Source: Acidobacteriota bacterium
GTDB lineage: Bacteria; Acidobacteriota; UBA4820; DSQY01
NCBI GenBank assembly: GCA_037445535.1
Contig: JBBIKI010000004.1
Span: forward strand, 1-58,729
Length of the DNA stretch: 58,729 bases
Direction: 5' to 3'
Below the pieces are notes generated by a model. It did no database searches, was not told the origin of the DNA, and saw only the letters and a program-made list of their open reading frames with translations. The translations under genes were made by a program, and so were the position numbers. Positions 13,298 to 21,066 of this stretch are shown here, in pieces. Each line of letters starts with the position of its first letter. Position 1 is the first letter of the stretch.

Positions 13298-13999
13298 TCA
13301 GCCCAGGAGCGCTCCCAGCAGGTGGAGGGGCAGGAAGATGATGACGCCCGCCAGGACCCTGATGATGGGGGTCAGCACCAGGCCGAGGATGGGGGTCAGG
13401 AACAGGACCAGCAGGAGGATCGGGCCGATACGCCTCATGCCGTCGAAAAAGGGTTCGGCTTGCCGGGGCAGCACCGCCGCGAGGACCCATGAGCCGTCCA
13501 GGGGCGGCACCGGAATGAGGTTGAAGGCCGCCAGGACCAGGTTGATGAAGGCGAGCTGGAGAATCCAGTAGGGTCCCGTACCGGTGGTGCCCAGGTCCGT
13601 GAAAAACTGCGCCGGGCCGATGACCACCAAGAGGACCCCCATGAGGACCGTGGAGAGCATGGCGAGGAGCAGGTTACTCAGGGGGCCGGCAACGCCTACC
13701 AGGGCCGTATCCCGTTTGATGCGTTTAAAGTTGCGGGTGATCATGGGCACGGGCTTGGCCCACCCGAAGATGGGCCCTCCCGCGAGCGACATCACCAGGG
13801 GCAGGAGGATCGTTCCGATGGGATCGATGTGGGGGATGGGGTTCAAGGTGATCCTCCCCAGCATGCGTCCCGTGGAGTCCCCGAGCTTGTCCGCCATCCA
13901 GGCGTGGGCGCTCTCGTGTACAGAAAGCGAAAAGAGAATGATCAGGATGTCCAAGGCTATGGTCAGGAGGCCGAGGGGAGAAAAATCCATGTGGTTCAT
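13298..13999 (-). CDS. Site-2 protease family (M50) membrane zinc metalloprotease
   Basis: HESAH (HExxH), GRITLNPIPHID, GWAKPVP, AGPLSN and FNLIPVPPLDG (NPDG motif). Confidence 0.92.
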   Translation of the reverse strand: MNHMDFSPLGLLTIALDILIILFSLSVHESAHAWMADKLGDSTGRMLGRITLNPIPHIDPIGTILLPLVMSLAGGPIFGWAKPVPMITRNFKRIKRDTALVGVAGPLSNLLLAMLSTVLMGVLLVVIGPAQFFTDLGTTGTGPYWILQLAFINLVLAAFNLIPVPPLDGSWVLAAVLPRQAEPFFDGMRRIGPILLLVLFLTPILGLVLTPIIRVLAGVIIFLPLHLLGALLG

Positions 14000-14030
14000 G
14001 CGCGGGAATCCTCCGATGGGGAGATGTCAT

Positions 14031-14158
14031 CAGTGATCAGCGAGCAGTGAGCAGTGAGGAGTGCGACGCTAAACAAAACGCACCGTGCGCCTTTGGCGCT
14101 TGATCCTGCGTCTCCCGCACCCGTCACTCAAAAATCCCAAATCCCAAATCCGCAATCC
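14031..14158. repeat. Two intergenic heptamer tandem arrays
   Basis: CAGTGAT-CAGCGAG-CAGTGAG-CAGTGAG-GAGTGCG at 14031-14065 and AAAATCC-CAAATCC-CAAATCC-GCAATCC at 14131-14158. Confidence 0.8.
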
Positions 14159-14168
14159 ACCCTTGCCC

Positions 14169-15278
14169 TCAGACCCGCATGGGTCCCAGAACGGCCTCGT
14201 CCCACAAGGGCGTCACCTCGTGGGTGCGCTCGAAGCCCGGCCCGGAGACGCACACCGAGACGCGCTCTCCATGTTTCCCGTCGGTGTAGCGGGCAATGAC
14301 GGCGGCGCAAAAGCGCTCCTCTTCTGGGGAAGGAAGGCTTTCGTCCGTGAGTCCTACGGGTCCGTTCACGTCGGGCGACTCGAACCTCACCCGTCCCGCG
14401 GCGAACCGCTCCAGGAAGGCGTTCTCCTCCTCGTTTCGGCCTACCACGAGCTTGAGCGAGGGCGAGAGGCGGAAGTGGCGCCCGATCTTGAGAAGGGCCA
14501 CGTCGTCCCAGTCCATACGTTCCTGGCCGCGGTGAGCCATCTTGTCGCGAAACTTGCGGGCGTAGGCTTCGTCCGTGAGGAAGCAGCACCCCCCGGCGGG
14601 GAGGGGATAGTCGGTGATGCCTCTCGCCTCGATGAGGTCCATCTGTTTTCGCCGGCCCCGTCCTTGAAGGCCCAGAAGCTTCTCCCGGTCCACCAGGCCC
14701 TCTTGCTCGGGGGCCGTGGGCTTGAGCCGCTTGGCGGAGAGGGGCCTGAGCAGGCGCCCCTCCAGCCCCGAATCCTTCTCCACGATGCGCATGGTGTCCT
14801 TGCGCTGGCTCATGGGACGCTGGCCGAGCACTTCGCCTGTGGCTACAAAGTCCGCCCCTTCCCGCTCCATGATGGCCTTCGCCTTTTTCAGCATGTGGGC
14901 GCGGCAGTCGACGCAGGGGTTCATGTGGGCACCGTAGCCGTGCTTCGGATTAAAGACCACGTCGAGGTAATCCTCGCGCAGGTCCACGATCTCCACCGGA
15001 ACGCCCAGATCGGCGCCCGCACGCAGGCCTTCGTGCCGAAGCTTCTTCGGGTCCGCGCCGGGCTTGGCCGTAGCGCGCTTGTGGTCGGTCGTGCAGAAGC
15101 CCGTGGAGAAATTCACGCCCAGGACCTCCACCCCTTGTTCCTGAAGGAGCTTGGCCGCGAGGGTCGAATCCAGACCGCCCGACATGAGGACGATGGCCTT
15201 GGGGCGCTTGACGGCTTTGGCCGGGCTCCCATTCGAGAGGCTGGACGGTCTCTGGGCGGGGGTCACGTCGTCGGACAT
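14169..15278 (-). CDS. MnmA/ThiI-like PP-loop tRNA thiouridylase with C-terminal DUF814-like domain
   Basis: PP-loop SGGLDS, NPCVDCR, ATGEVLGQRPMSQ, GRLLRPLSAK, PAGGCC and GRHFR...VVGRNEEEN. The target position (s2U34 or s4U8) cannot be determined here. Confidence 0.75.
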   Translation of the reverse strand: MSDDVTPAQRPSSLSNGSPAKAVKRPKAIVLMSGGLDSTLAAKLLQEQGVEVLGVNFSTGFCTTDHKRATAKPGADPKKLRHEGLRAGADLGVPVEIVDLREDYLDVVFNPKHGYGAHMNPCVDCRAHMLKKAKAIMEREGADFVATGEVLGQRPMSQRKDTMRIVEKDSGLEGRLLRPLSAKRLKPTAPEQEGLVDREKLLGLQGRGRRKQMDLIEARGITDYPLPAGGCCFLTDEAYARKFRDKMAHRGQERMDWDDVALLKIGRHFRLSPSLKLVVGRNEEENAFLERFAAGRVRFESPDVNGPVGLTDESLPSPEEERFCAAVIARYTDGKHGERVSVCVSGPGFERTHEVTPLWDEAVLGPMRV

Positions 15279-15382
15279 GCTGCCTCCTTCCTCAGAGTAC
15301 CATACCGCTGGGTCTCAGGCAGGCGTTCCCGGTTGTTCCGAGGGCCGCGGCCCGCTACACTGTGCCTTAGGAGGCTCCGGCC

Positions 15383-15601
15383 ATGGGACTTCAGAGCGAC
15401 AAATTCACGCTGCAGGGCAACGTCCAGCCCTGGCGGTGCGATCTGTGCGAGGCCGCCTTCGAGCCGGACCTCAAGGGAATCTGCGCCGCCTGCGGGCGGA
15501 TCATCTGCCCCGATCACCGCATCTCTCGCGAAAACCGGAGGGCGCTGGGCGGGACCGAGTCGGTTTGTCCGCCGTGCGCGGGTTCCCAGGACGGCCCGTG
15601 A
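15383..15601 (+). CDS. Small Cys/His zinc-finger protein (72 aa)
   Basis: GGAGG SD. Pattern CxxC...CxxC-x4-CxxH...CxxC. Stop overlaps the next start (GTGA). Confidence 0.7.
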   Translation: MGLQSDKFTLQGNVQPWRCDLCEAAFEPDLKGICAACGRIICPDHRISRENRRALGGTESVCPPCAGSQDGP

Positions 15602-16536
15602 GCGCCTCCGGGCCCGGGAAGGCCAGGTGGCTGCTGGCCCTTGGGCTCGCGAGCATCTCCTTCGCCTCCATCCTCGTCCGGTACTCCGCCGCTCCCGCCC
15701 TGGTCATCGGCTTCTACAGGGAACTCATGGCCTCCGCGGTGCTCCTGCCGGTGATTCTGCTGAGACTCAGGCGGGAGCCGTGGGAAGGCGGAGCGCAAAA
15801 GTGCCTGCTTCCCTACACCCTTGGTTCGGGGGCCATCCTCGGGCTCCACTTCGCGTGCTGGATCGGGGCCGTCCAGCTCACCACGGTGGCCTCGGCCCTT
15901 CTGGTCATGTCCATCCAGCCCGTCTGGGCGGCCGTGCTCGGGTACCTCTTCTTGAAGGAGGCCGTACCCCGCAAAGGGATCTTCGCCATCGCCGTGGCGC
16001 TCGCCGGGGTGGCCCTCATCGCATGGGGGGATGGGGGCCGTGGCTCGGCAAACCTCATGGGCGACGGCCTGGCGCTGGTCTCGGGCCTCGCCGCCGCCGC
16101 CTACCTCACAGTGGGTCGCCACCTTCGTGAGCGCCTGCCGCTCCTTCACTACCTGTTCACCGTCTATGCCGCCTCGGCGTTCTTCCTGGGCTTCGCGGCG
16201 GTTTTCGCGGGGGAGCCCATGACGGGGTTCGATGGCCGGACGTGGATGATGTTCGGGCTCTTGGCCCTCTTCCCGTCTGTCTTGGGCCACAGTCTCGTGA
16301 ATTACGCCATCCGGCACATGGAATCCTATCGCGTGAACCTCTCCATCCTGGTGGAGCCCGTTGTCTCCACGATCCTCGCCGCCATGCTCTTCGCCGAAAT
16401 TCCGGGGCCGTGGTTTTACCTTGGTGCCTTGCTCGTGCTCGCGGGGGTGGTCACGGCCCTGTGGCGCAACCAGCCTCCCGCGCCAACCAGCCAAGGAGCC
16501 TTCGAGTGCCCTGAAGTGCCGAGGAGGCGCCGTTAG
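15598..16536 (+). CDS. DMT/EamA family transporter
   Basis: About ten hydrophobic segments in two EamA repeats (FACWIGAVQLTTVASA...IQPVW; FPSVLGHSLVNYAI...LVEPVVS). GTG start coupled to the upstream stop. Confidence 0.9.
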   Translation: MSASGPGKARWLLALGLASISFASILVRYSAAPALVIGFYRELMASAVLLPVILLRLRREPWEGGAQKCLLPYTLGSGAILGLHFACWIGAVQLTTVASALLVMSIQPVWAAVLGYLFLKEAVPRKGIFAIAVALAGVALIAWGDGGRGSANLMGDGLALVSGLAAAAYLTVGRHLRERLPLLHYLFTVYAASAFFLGFAAVFAGEPMTGFDGRTWMMFGLLALFPSVLGHSLVNYAIRHMESYRVNLSILVEPVVSTILAAMLFAEIPGPWFYLGALLVLAGVVTALWRNQPPAPTSQGAFECPEVPRRRR

Positions 16537-17123
16537 GAGGGTGAGCCCTTCAGTGTTTTCACGAAGGCCAGGACCTCGGCCTCGTGGTTGCTCACGTCCA
16601 CGCCGCGCCAGATCTTCCGGATGATCCCGTCGCGGTCGATGACGAAGGTGGACCGGTCGAGGCCCAAGGCCGTTTTGCCGAAGATGCTCCCCTTCTTCCA
16701 CGATCCATATTCGGTGATGATCTTGCCTTCGGGGTCGGGCAGGAGCGGAAAGTTCAGGCGGTATTTCTTGGTGAAGGCGTGGTGGGAATCCAGCGAATCC
16801 TTGCTCACTCCCAGAACCACAGCGCCCATGGCCTGCAACTGAGCTTGGCCGTCCCGGAAGGAGCACGCCTCCTTGGTGCAGTGGGGCGTGTTGTCCTTGG
16901 GGTAGAAATAAAGGACGATGACCTTTCCCTTGAAATCGTGGAGGGAGACGGTTCCCCCTTCGGAGGAAGGGGCGGTGAAATCGGGGGCGGCCATGCCAAC
17001 TTTGAGTTCTGCTTGAGCCACGGGGAACTCCTTGTTGCCGCTTTGAGCCCACGGCCCCGAGAGGGCCGTTAGGGCCAGAAGGGAGACGCCGAGGACCGCT
17101 TCCACGCTCAAGGGAGTTTTCAA
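16533..17123 (-). CDS. bcp: Peroxiredoxin Bcp/PrxQ with predicted signal peptide
   Basis: YFYPKDNTPHCTKEAC (PxxxTxxC plus resolving Cys), LGVSKD and RSTFVID. AAGGAGG SD before TTG 17123. Confidence 0.9.
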   Translation of the reverse strand: MKTPLSVEAVLGVSLLALTALSGPWAQSGNKEFPVAQAELKVGMAAPDFTAPSSEGGTVSLHDFKGKVIVLYFYPKDNTPHCTKEACSFRDGQAQLQAMGAVVLGVSKDSLDSHHAFTKKYRLNFPLLPDPEGKIITEYGSWKKGSIFGKTALGLDRSTFVIDRDGIIRKIWRGVDVSNHEAEVLAFVKTLKGSPS

Positions 17124-17305
17124 GGGGCCCTCCTTACATCTGGCCAAACCACCTGCGTGCCCTACCCATTCCCGTCCGCCGAGGGGAACACCGGGGCTGG
17201 GTGAAAGGGCCCATCCGGTAGAAAGTGGCATGGCGGGCCGGCCTCACCCCTCGGAAGGCTGCTCAATTCGGCGTATACTTCGGCCTGTCTTTTTTAGGAG
17301 GGGTT

Positions 17306-19030
17306 ATGAAAACGTACGCCATGAAAGTCGATCCCCTGACGGGTGAAGACTATTACGAAGTGTATCTCCGCGGCCGGGCGCTCATGAACGACCCCCATCT
17401 CAACAAGGGCTCCGCGTTCGCCGAAGAAGAGCGGCTGAGTCTGGACCTGGACGGCCTCCTTCGCTCGGGGGTCTCCTCCATGGAGTCCCAACTCGAACGA
17501 GGCCTGGAGTCCTACAGGCGCAAGCCCGACGACCTGGAGCGCTACCTCTTCCTCATCGGGCTCCAGGACCGGAGCGAGCCCCTCTTCTACAGGCTTCTCG
17601 TGGATAACCTGCCCGAGATGGTCCCCGTGGTCTACACGCCCACCGTGGGCCAGGCCTGCCTCCAGCTCAGCCACATCCAGAGGCGCTTCAGGGGCATCTA
17701 CATCAGCCCCGACAACATCGCCAACATCGACCACATCCTGCAAAGCGTCTCCTTACCCCAGGTGAATCTCATCGTCGTCACGGACGGCGAACGGATCCTG
17801 GGCCTGGGTGACCTGGGTTCCGACGGCATGGGCATCCCCGTGGGGAAGGTGAGCCTTTACGTGGCTGCGGGAGGGCTCCACCCCGGTGTCTGCCTCCCCA
17901 TGTCCCTGGACGTGGGGACGAACAACGAGCGGCTCCTGAAGGATCCCCTCTATTTGGGCCACCGCCACCCTCGCTTGAGGGGCACCGAATATGAAGCCTT
18001 CATCGAGAAATTCGTGCTAGGCATCCGGAGGAATTTCCCGGACGCCCTCCTGCAGTGGGAGGATTTCGCCAAGCAGACGGCTTTCAAAAACCTGGAGCGC
18101 TACCGGAGCCGCATTCCCTCCTTCAACGACGACATCCAGGGCACGGGCGCCACGGCCCTTAGCGTTCTCATGACGGCCATGCGCATCAAAAGGAGTTCCT
18201 TCAAGGAACAGCGGTACGTCATCGTGGGGCTGGGCCAGGCGGGCACGGGCATCGGGCTGAATATTCGTGCCGCCTTGAAGCAGGAGGGCCTCTCCGAGGA
18301 GGACATCCGGGCGCGCATCTTCGCCGTGGAGCAGCAGGGCCTCCTCATGGAGGACGACCCCAAGATCGAAGGCCCCCAGAGGCCCTTCGCCCAGCACCGG
18401 GCGTCCGTGGAAGGGTGGACCCTCGATGCGCCGGGTGCCATCACTCTCCAGGACGTTGTGCGCAACGCCAAACCGACGGTCCTCATCGGCGTCACGGCCA
18501 AGCGCGGCCTCTTTAGTCCCGCGATTCTCGCCGAGGTGGCCAAGCACACGGAGCGCCCCATCGTCCTGGCCCTGTCCAACCCCACGGCTAAAACCGAGTG
18601 CACTCCCGAGGAGGTCGCCAGAGCCACCAACGGCCGGGGCCTCATGGCCACCGGCAGCCCCTTCGATCCCCTGGACTGGGAGGGCAGGACGCTCTATACC
18701 TCCCAGTGCAACAACATGTACATCTTCCCGGGTGTGGGCCTCGGCGCGCTGGTAGCCAAGGCCACGAAGATCACCGACGCCATGTTTCTGGCCGCGAGCC
18801 GGGCTTTGAGCGCCCTCATCACCCCGGAACAGGAAGCCCAGGGCAAGCTCCTGCCCGACATGAAGGAGATCCGGCACGTCTCTGCCGTGGTCGCCAAGGC
18901 CGTGGCCATCGAAGCGCGCAACTCCGGCCTGGGCCGCCTGGTGGACGACGACACCTACGAGCGGCTCATCGCCCGGGCTCAGTGGGATCCCCAGTACACC
19001 CCTTACCGTCCCGGGCCTTTGGCGCGGTAG
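17306..19030 (+). CDS. maeA: NAD-dependent malic enzyme
   Basis: Motifs VYTPTVG, VTDGERILGLGDLG, GIPVGK, LQWEDF, FNDDIQGTG, ALSNPT and CNNMYIFPG. AGGAGG SD before ATG 17306. Confidence 0.95.
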   Translation: MKTYAMKVDPLTGEDYYEVYLRGRALMNDPHLNKGSAFAEEERLSLDLDGLLRSGVSSMESQLERGLESYRRKPDDLERYLFLIGLQDRSEPLFYRLLVDNLPEMVPVVYTPTVGQACLQLSHIQRRFRGIYISPDNIANIDHILQSVSLPQVNLIVVTDGERILGLGDLGSDGMGIPVGKVSLYVAAGGLHPGVCLPMSLDVGTNNERLLKDPLYLGHRHPRLRGTEYEAFIEKFVLGIRRNFPDALLQWEDFAKQTAFKNLERYRSRIPSFNDDIQGTGATALSVLMTAMRIKRSSFKEQRYVIVGLGQAGTGIGLNIRAALKQEGLSEEDIRARIFAVEQQGLLMEDDPKIEGPQRPFAQHRASVEGWTLDAPGAITLQDVVRNAKPTVLIGVTAKRGLFSPAILAEVAKHTERPIVLALSNPTAKTECTPEEVARATNGRGLMATGSPFDPLDWEGRTLYTSQCNNMYIFPGVGLGALVAKATKITDAMFLAASRALSALITPEQEAQGKLLPDMKEIRHVSAVVAKAVAIEARNSGLGRLVDDDTYERLIARAQWDPQYTPYRPGPLAR

Positions 19031-19153
19031 CCGCGTCACGGGGCAAGGCCCAGGACGGAAAGAAAGAGAAGGGACATCTGGCTCGAAGCCGGCCGATGTT
19101 GCTTCCAAGACTCAACGGGCGCGCCTGTTGAACCAGAGGACGTCCGTGTTCTG

Positions 19154-20209
19154 CTAACGAGCGCAGCCGAGCAGTCCCTTAAGCCGCGGTCCGATGTGTG
19201 CCAGGGGCGCCTGTTCCTTGGCGGCTCCGAGCTGCATGGCTGCTTTGGGCATGCCGTAGACGATGCATGAAGCCTCGCTTTGGACCAGGGTGTACGCGCC
19301 AGCTTGTGCGAGTTCGAGCATGCCTTCCCCGCCGTCGCGTCCCATGCCGGTGAGCAGCACTGCCAATACTTCCCTCCCATAAGGACTTGCGGATTGAAAG
19401 AGGACATCCACGCTTGGCCGGTGGGGGAGGGATTCCGGGTACCGGGTGAGCAAGGCTTGCCAGCGAGCACTTTGTTTGCGGACTCTTAGGTGAGAACCCG
19501 TGGGCGCGATGTACACGGTGCTCTCGTCGAGAAATTCGCCATGAACCGCTTCTCGCACGGGCATGGAGAGATGAGTGTTGAGGCGTTCAGCAAAGGGCTT
19601 GGTGAAACCGGCGGGCATGTGCTGGACCACGACAATGGGAATGCCTAGGCCGTGGCCCAGATCTTCGAGGATTTTCTGGATCGCGGGAGGGCCACCAGTG
19701 GAGGCGCCCATGAGCAGAAGCGTGAAGGCTTGGTCCGGGTCCGCGGGAGAAGTGACGGGCGCCGGAGGAATCCGCTCCAGGCTTTGAGTAGGAGGTGCGG
19801 GAGTAGATCGAGGACATCCCGAGACCTGGATAATTTTGTCCACCAGGACGGTTCGCAGGGCATCGAAATCCACCAAGGAGTACTGCTGCTTATCAATGAC
19901 ATCCACGGCACCCCGGTGGAGAGCCTCGATGGTAAGGGGCGCGTCCTTGCCTGAATGCGTGGAGAGGATGATGACTGGCACGGGTTTCCAGCACCGGATC
20001 AGATCAAGCGCGGCCAATCCGCCCATGCCGGGCATGGACAGATCGAGCGTGATGACGTCGGGCTTCCATGCGCTGATATGAGCCAGGAGTTCTTCCGCGG
20101 AAGAAGCGGTTCCCACAACGACGATGCGGCGCTCTTCTTCGAGGACACGGTTGAGGGCCTTTCGAATGAAGGCCGAGTCGTCCACGATCGCTAGGCGGAT
20201 TTTTCTCAA
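19154..20209 (-). CDS. cheB: Chemotaxis response regulator protein-glutamate methylesterase CheB
   Basis: Receiver domain (IVDDS, TLDLSMP) plus methylesterase (GASTGG, VQHMP, PSVD, LTGMGRDG). TTG start overlaps the cheR stop. Confidence 0.95.
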   Translation of the reverse strand: MRKIRLAIVDDSAFIRKALNRVLEEERRIVVVGTASSAEELLAHISAWKPDVITLDLSMPGMGGLAALDLIRCWKPVPVIILSTHSGKDAPLTIEALHRGAVDVIDKQQYSLVDFDALRTVLVDKIIQVSGCPRSTPAPPTQSLERIPPAPVTSPADPDQAFTLLLMGASTGGPPAIQKILEDLGHGLGIPIVVVQHMPAGFTKPFAERLNTHLSMPVREAVHGEFLDESTVYIAPTGSHLRVRKQSARWQALLTRYPESLPHRPSVDVLFQSASPYGREVLAVLLTGMGRDGGEGMLELAQAGAYTLVQSEASCIVYGMPKAAMQLGAAKEQAPLAHIGPRLKGLLGCAR

Positions 20210-21066
20210 AGGGCCGTCCTCTTGTAGACGATCGTATCTCCCAACCTTACGGGTTCGAAGTACTTCGATACGCCGATGATGGATTCCGAGTGGCCTAGAA
20301 ATAGCAAGCCGCCAGGCCGCAGGCACTGGGCGAAATGCGAGATGGCTTGATGCAAGGCAGGTTCGGCGAAATAAATAAGGACGTTTCTGCAAAAGACCGC
20401 ATCGAAGGGTTGTCCGTGAAAGTAGGTTCCTAACTGCAGGATATTGCCCACCGAGAACTCAATTCCGGTCCTGAACATGGGCTTGAGGGCATAGTGTTGT
20501 GGTGCCGGGGCCGTAAAGTACTTCGCCGTCTGGCTTTCATCCAGGCAGCGCATGGAGGATGGCCCGTACTCAGCCTGCCGGGCCTGTTCGACACGGTCCG
20601 CGTCGAGGTCAAAGGCGATGATTTCCAGGCGGTGGCCCCACATCCTGAACTGGTTTTCCTTGGCGAAGATATTAAGCGTATAAGGTTCTTCTCCCGAAGA
20701 ACACCCGGCCACGAGGACTCTCAGCACCTCGGGCTCAGCGGCGCGGGCTTTCAACTCGTCCAAGGCATGGGAGAACAAAGCGTCGAACTGGTGCGTCTCC
20801 CTGAAGAAATAGGTCTCGTTGTTGGTGACGAGGCGGGCCAGGTTCCTAATCTCCGAAGTTCCGTTGGTACTGTATTGGAGCAGAATGTAGTAGTCCGTGA
20901 AGCGGGTGAGCTTCAGTTCGCGGAGGCGAGGCACAAGCCTCGACTCCAGAATCTCCTTCTTGTGGTCGGGGAAGCTGAGCCCAAAGTGAGCCGAGAGGTA
21001 CTCATTGAGGAGTTCATACTCCTCCGCGCTCATCACCGGACGATCGTTGGCTCCGCTCGGGATCAT
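20206..21066 (-). CDS. cheR: Chemotaxis methyltransferase CheR
   Basis: Motifs TNNETYFFRE, AGCSSGEEPYT, FCRNVLIYF and FLGHSES. Confidence 0.95.
   Translation of the reverse strand: MIPSGANDRPVMSAEEYELLNEYLSAHFGLSFPDHKKEILESRLVPRLRELKLTRFTDYYILLQYSTNGTSEIRNLARLVTNNETYFFRETHQFDALFSHALDELKARAAEPEVLRVLVAGCSSGEEPYTLNIFAKENQFRMWGHRLEIIAFDLDADRVEQARQAEYGPSSMRCLDESQTAKYFTAPAPQHYALKPMFRTGIEFSVGNILQLGTYFHGQPFDAVFCRNVLIYFAEPALHQAISHFAQCLRPGGLLFLGHSESIIGVSKYFEPVRLGDTIVYKRTAL

Noticed and set aside
9307-16130. Long alternative-frame and antisense ORFs (e.g. 9307-10740, 14085-16130, and others throughout the window)
   Set aside because: They shadow well-supported genes, lack motifs and SD sites, and are typical stop-poor artefacts of high-GC DNA.
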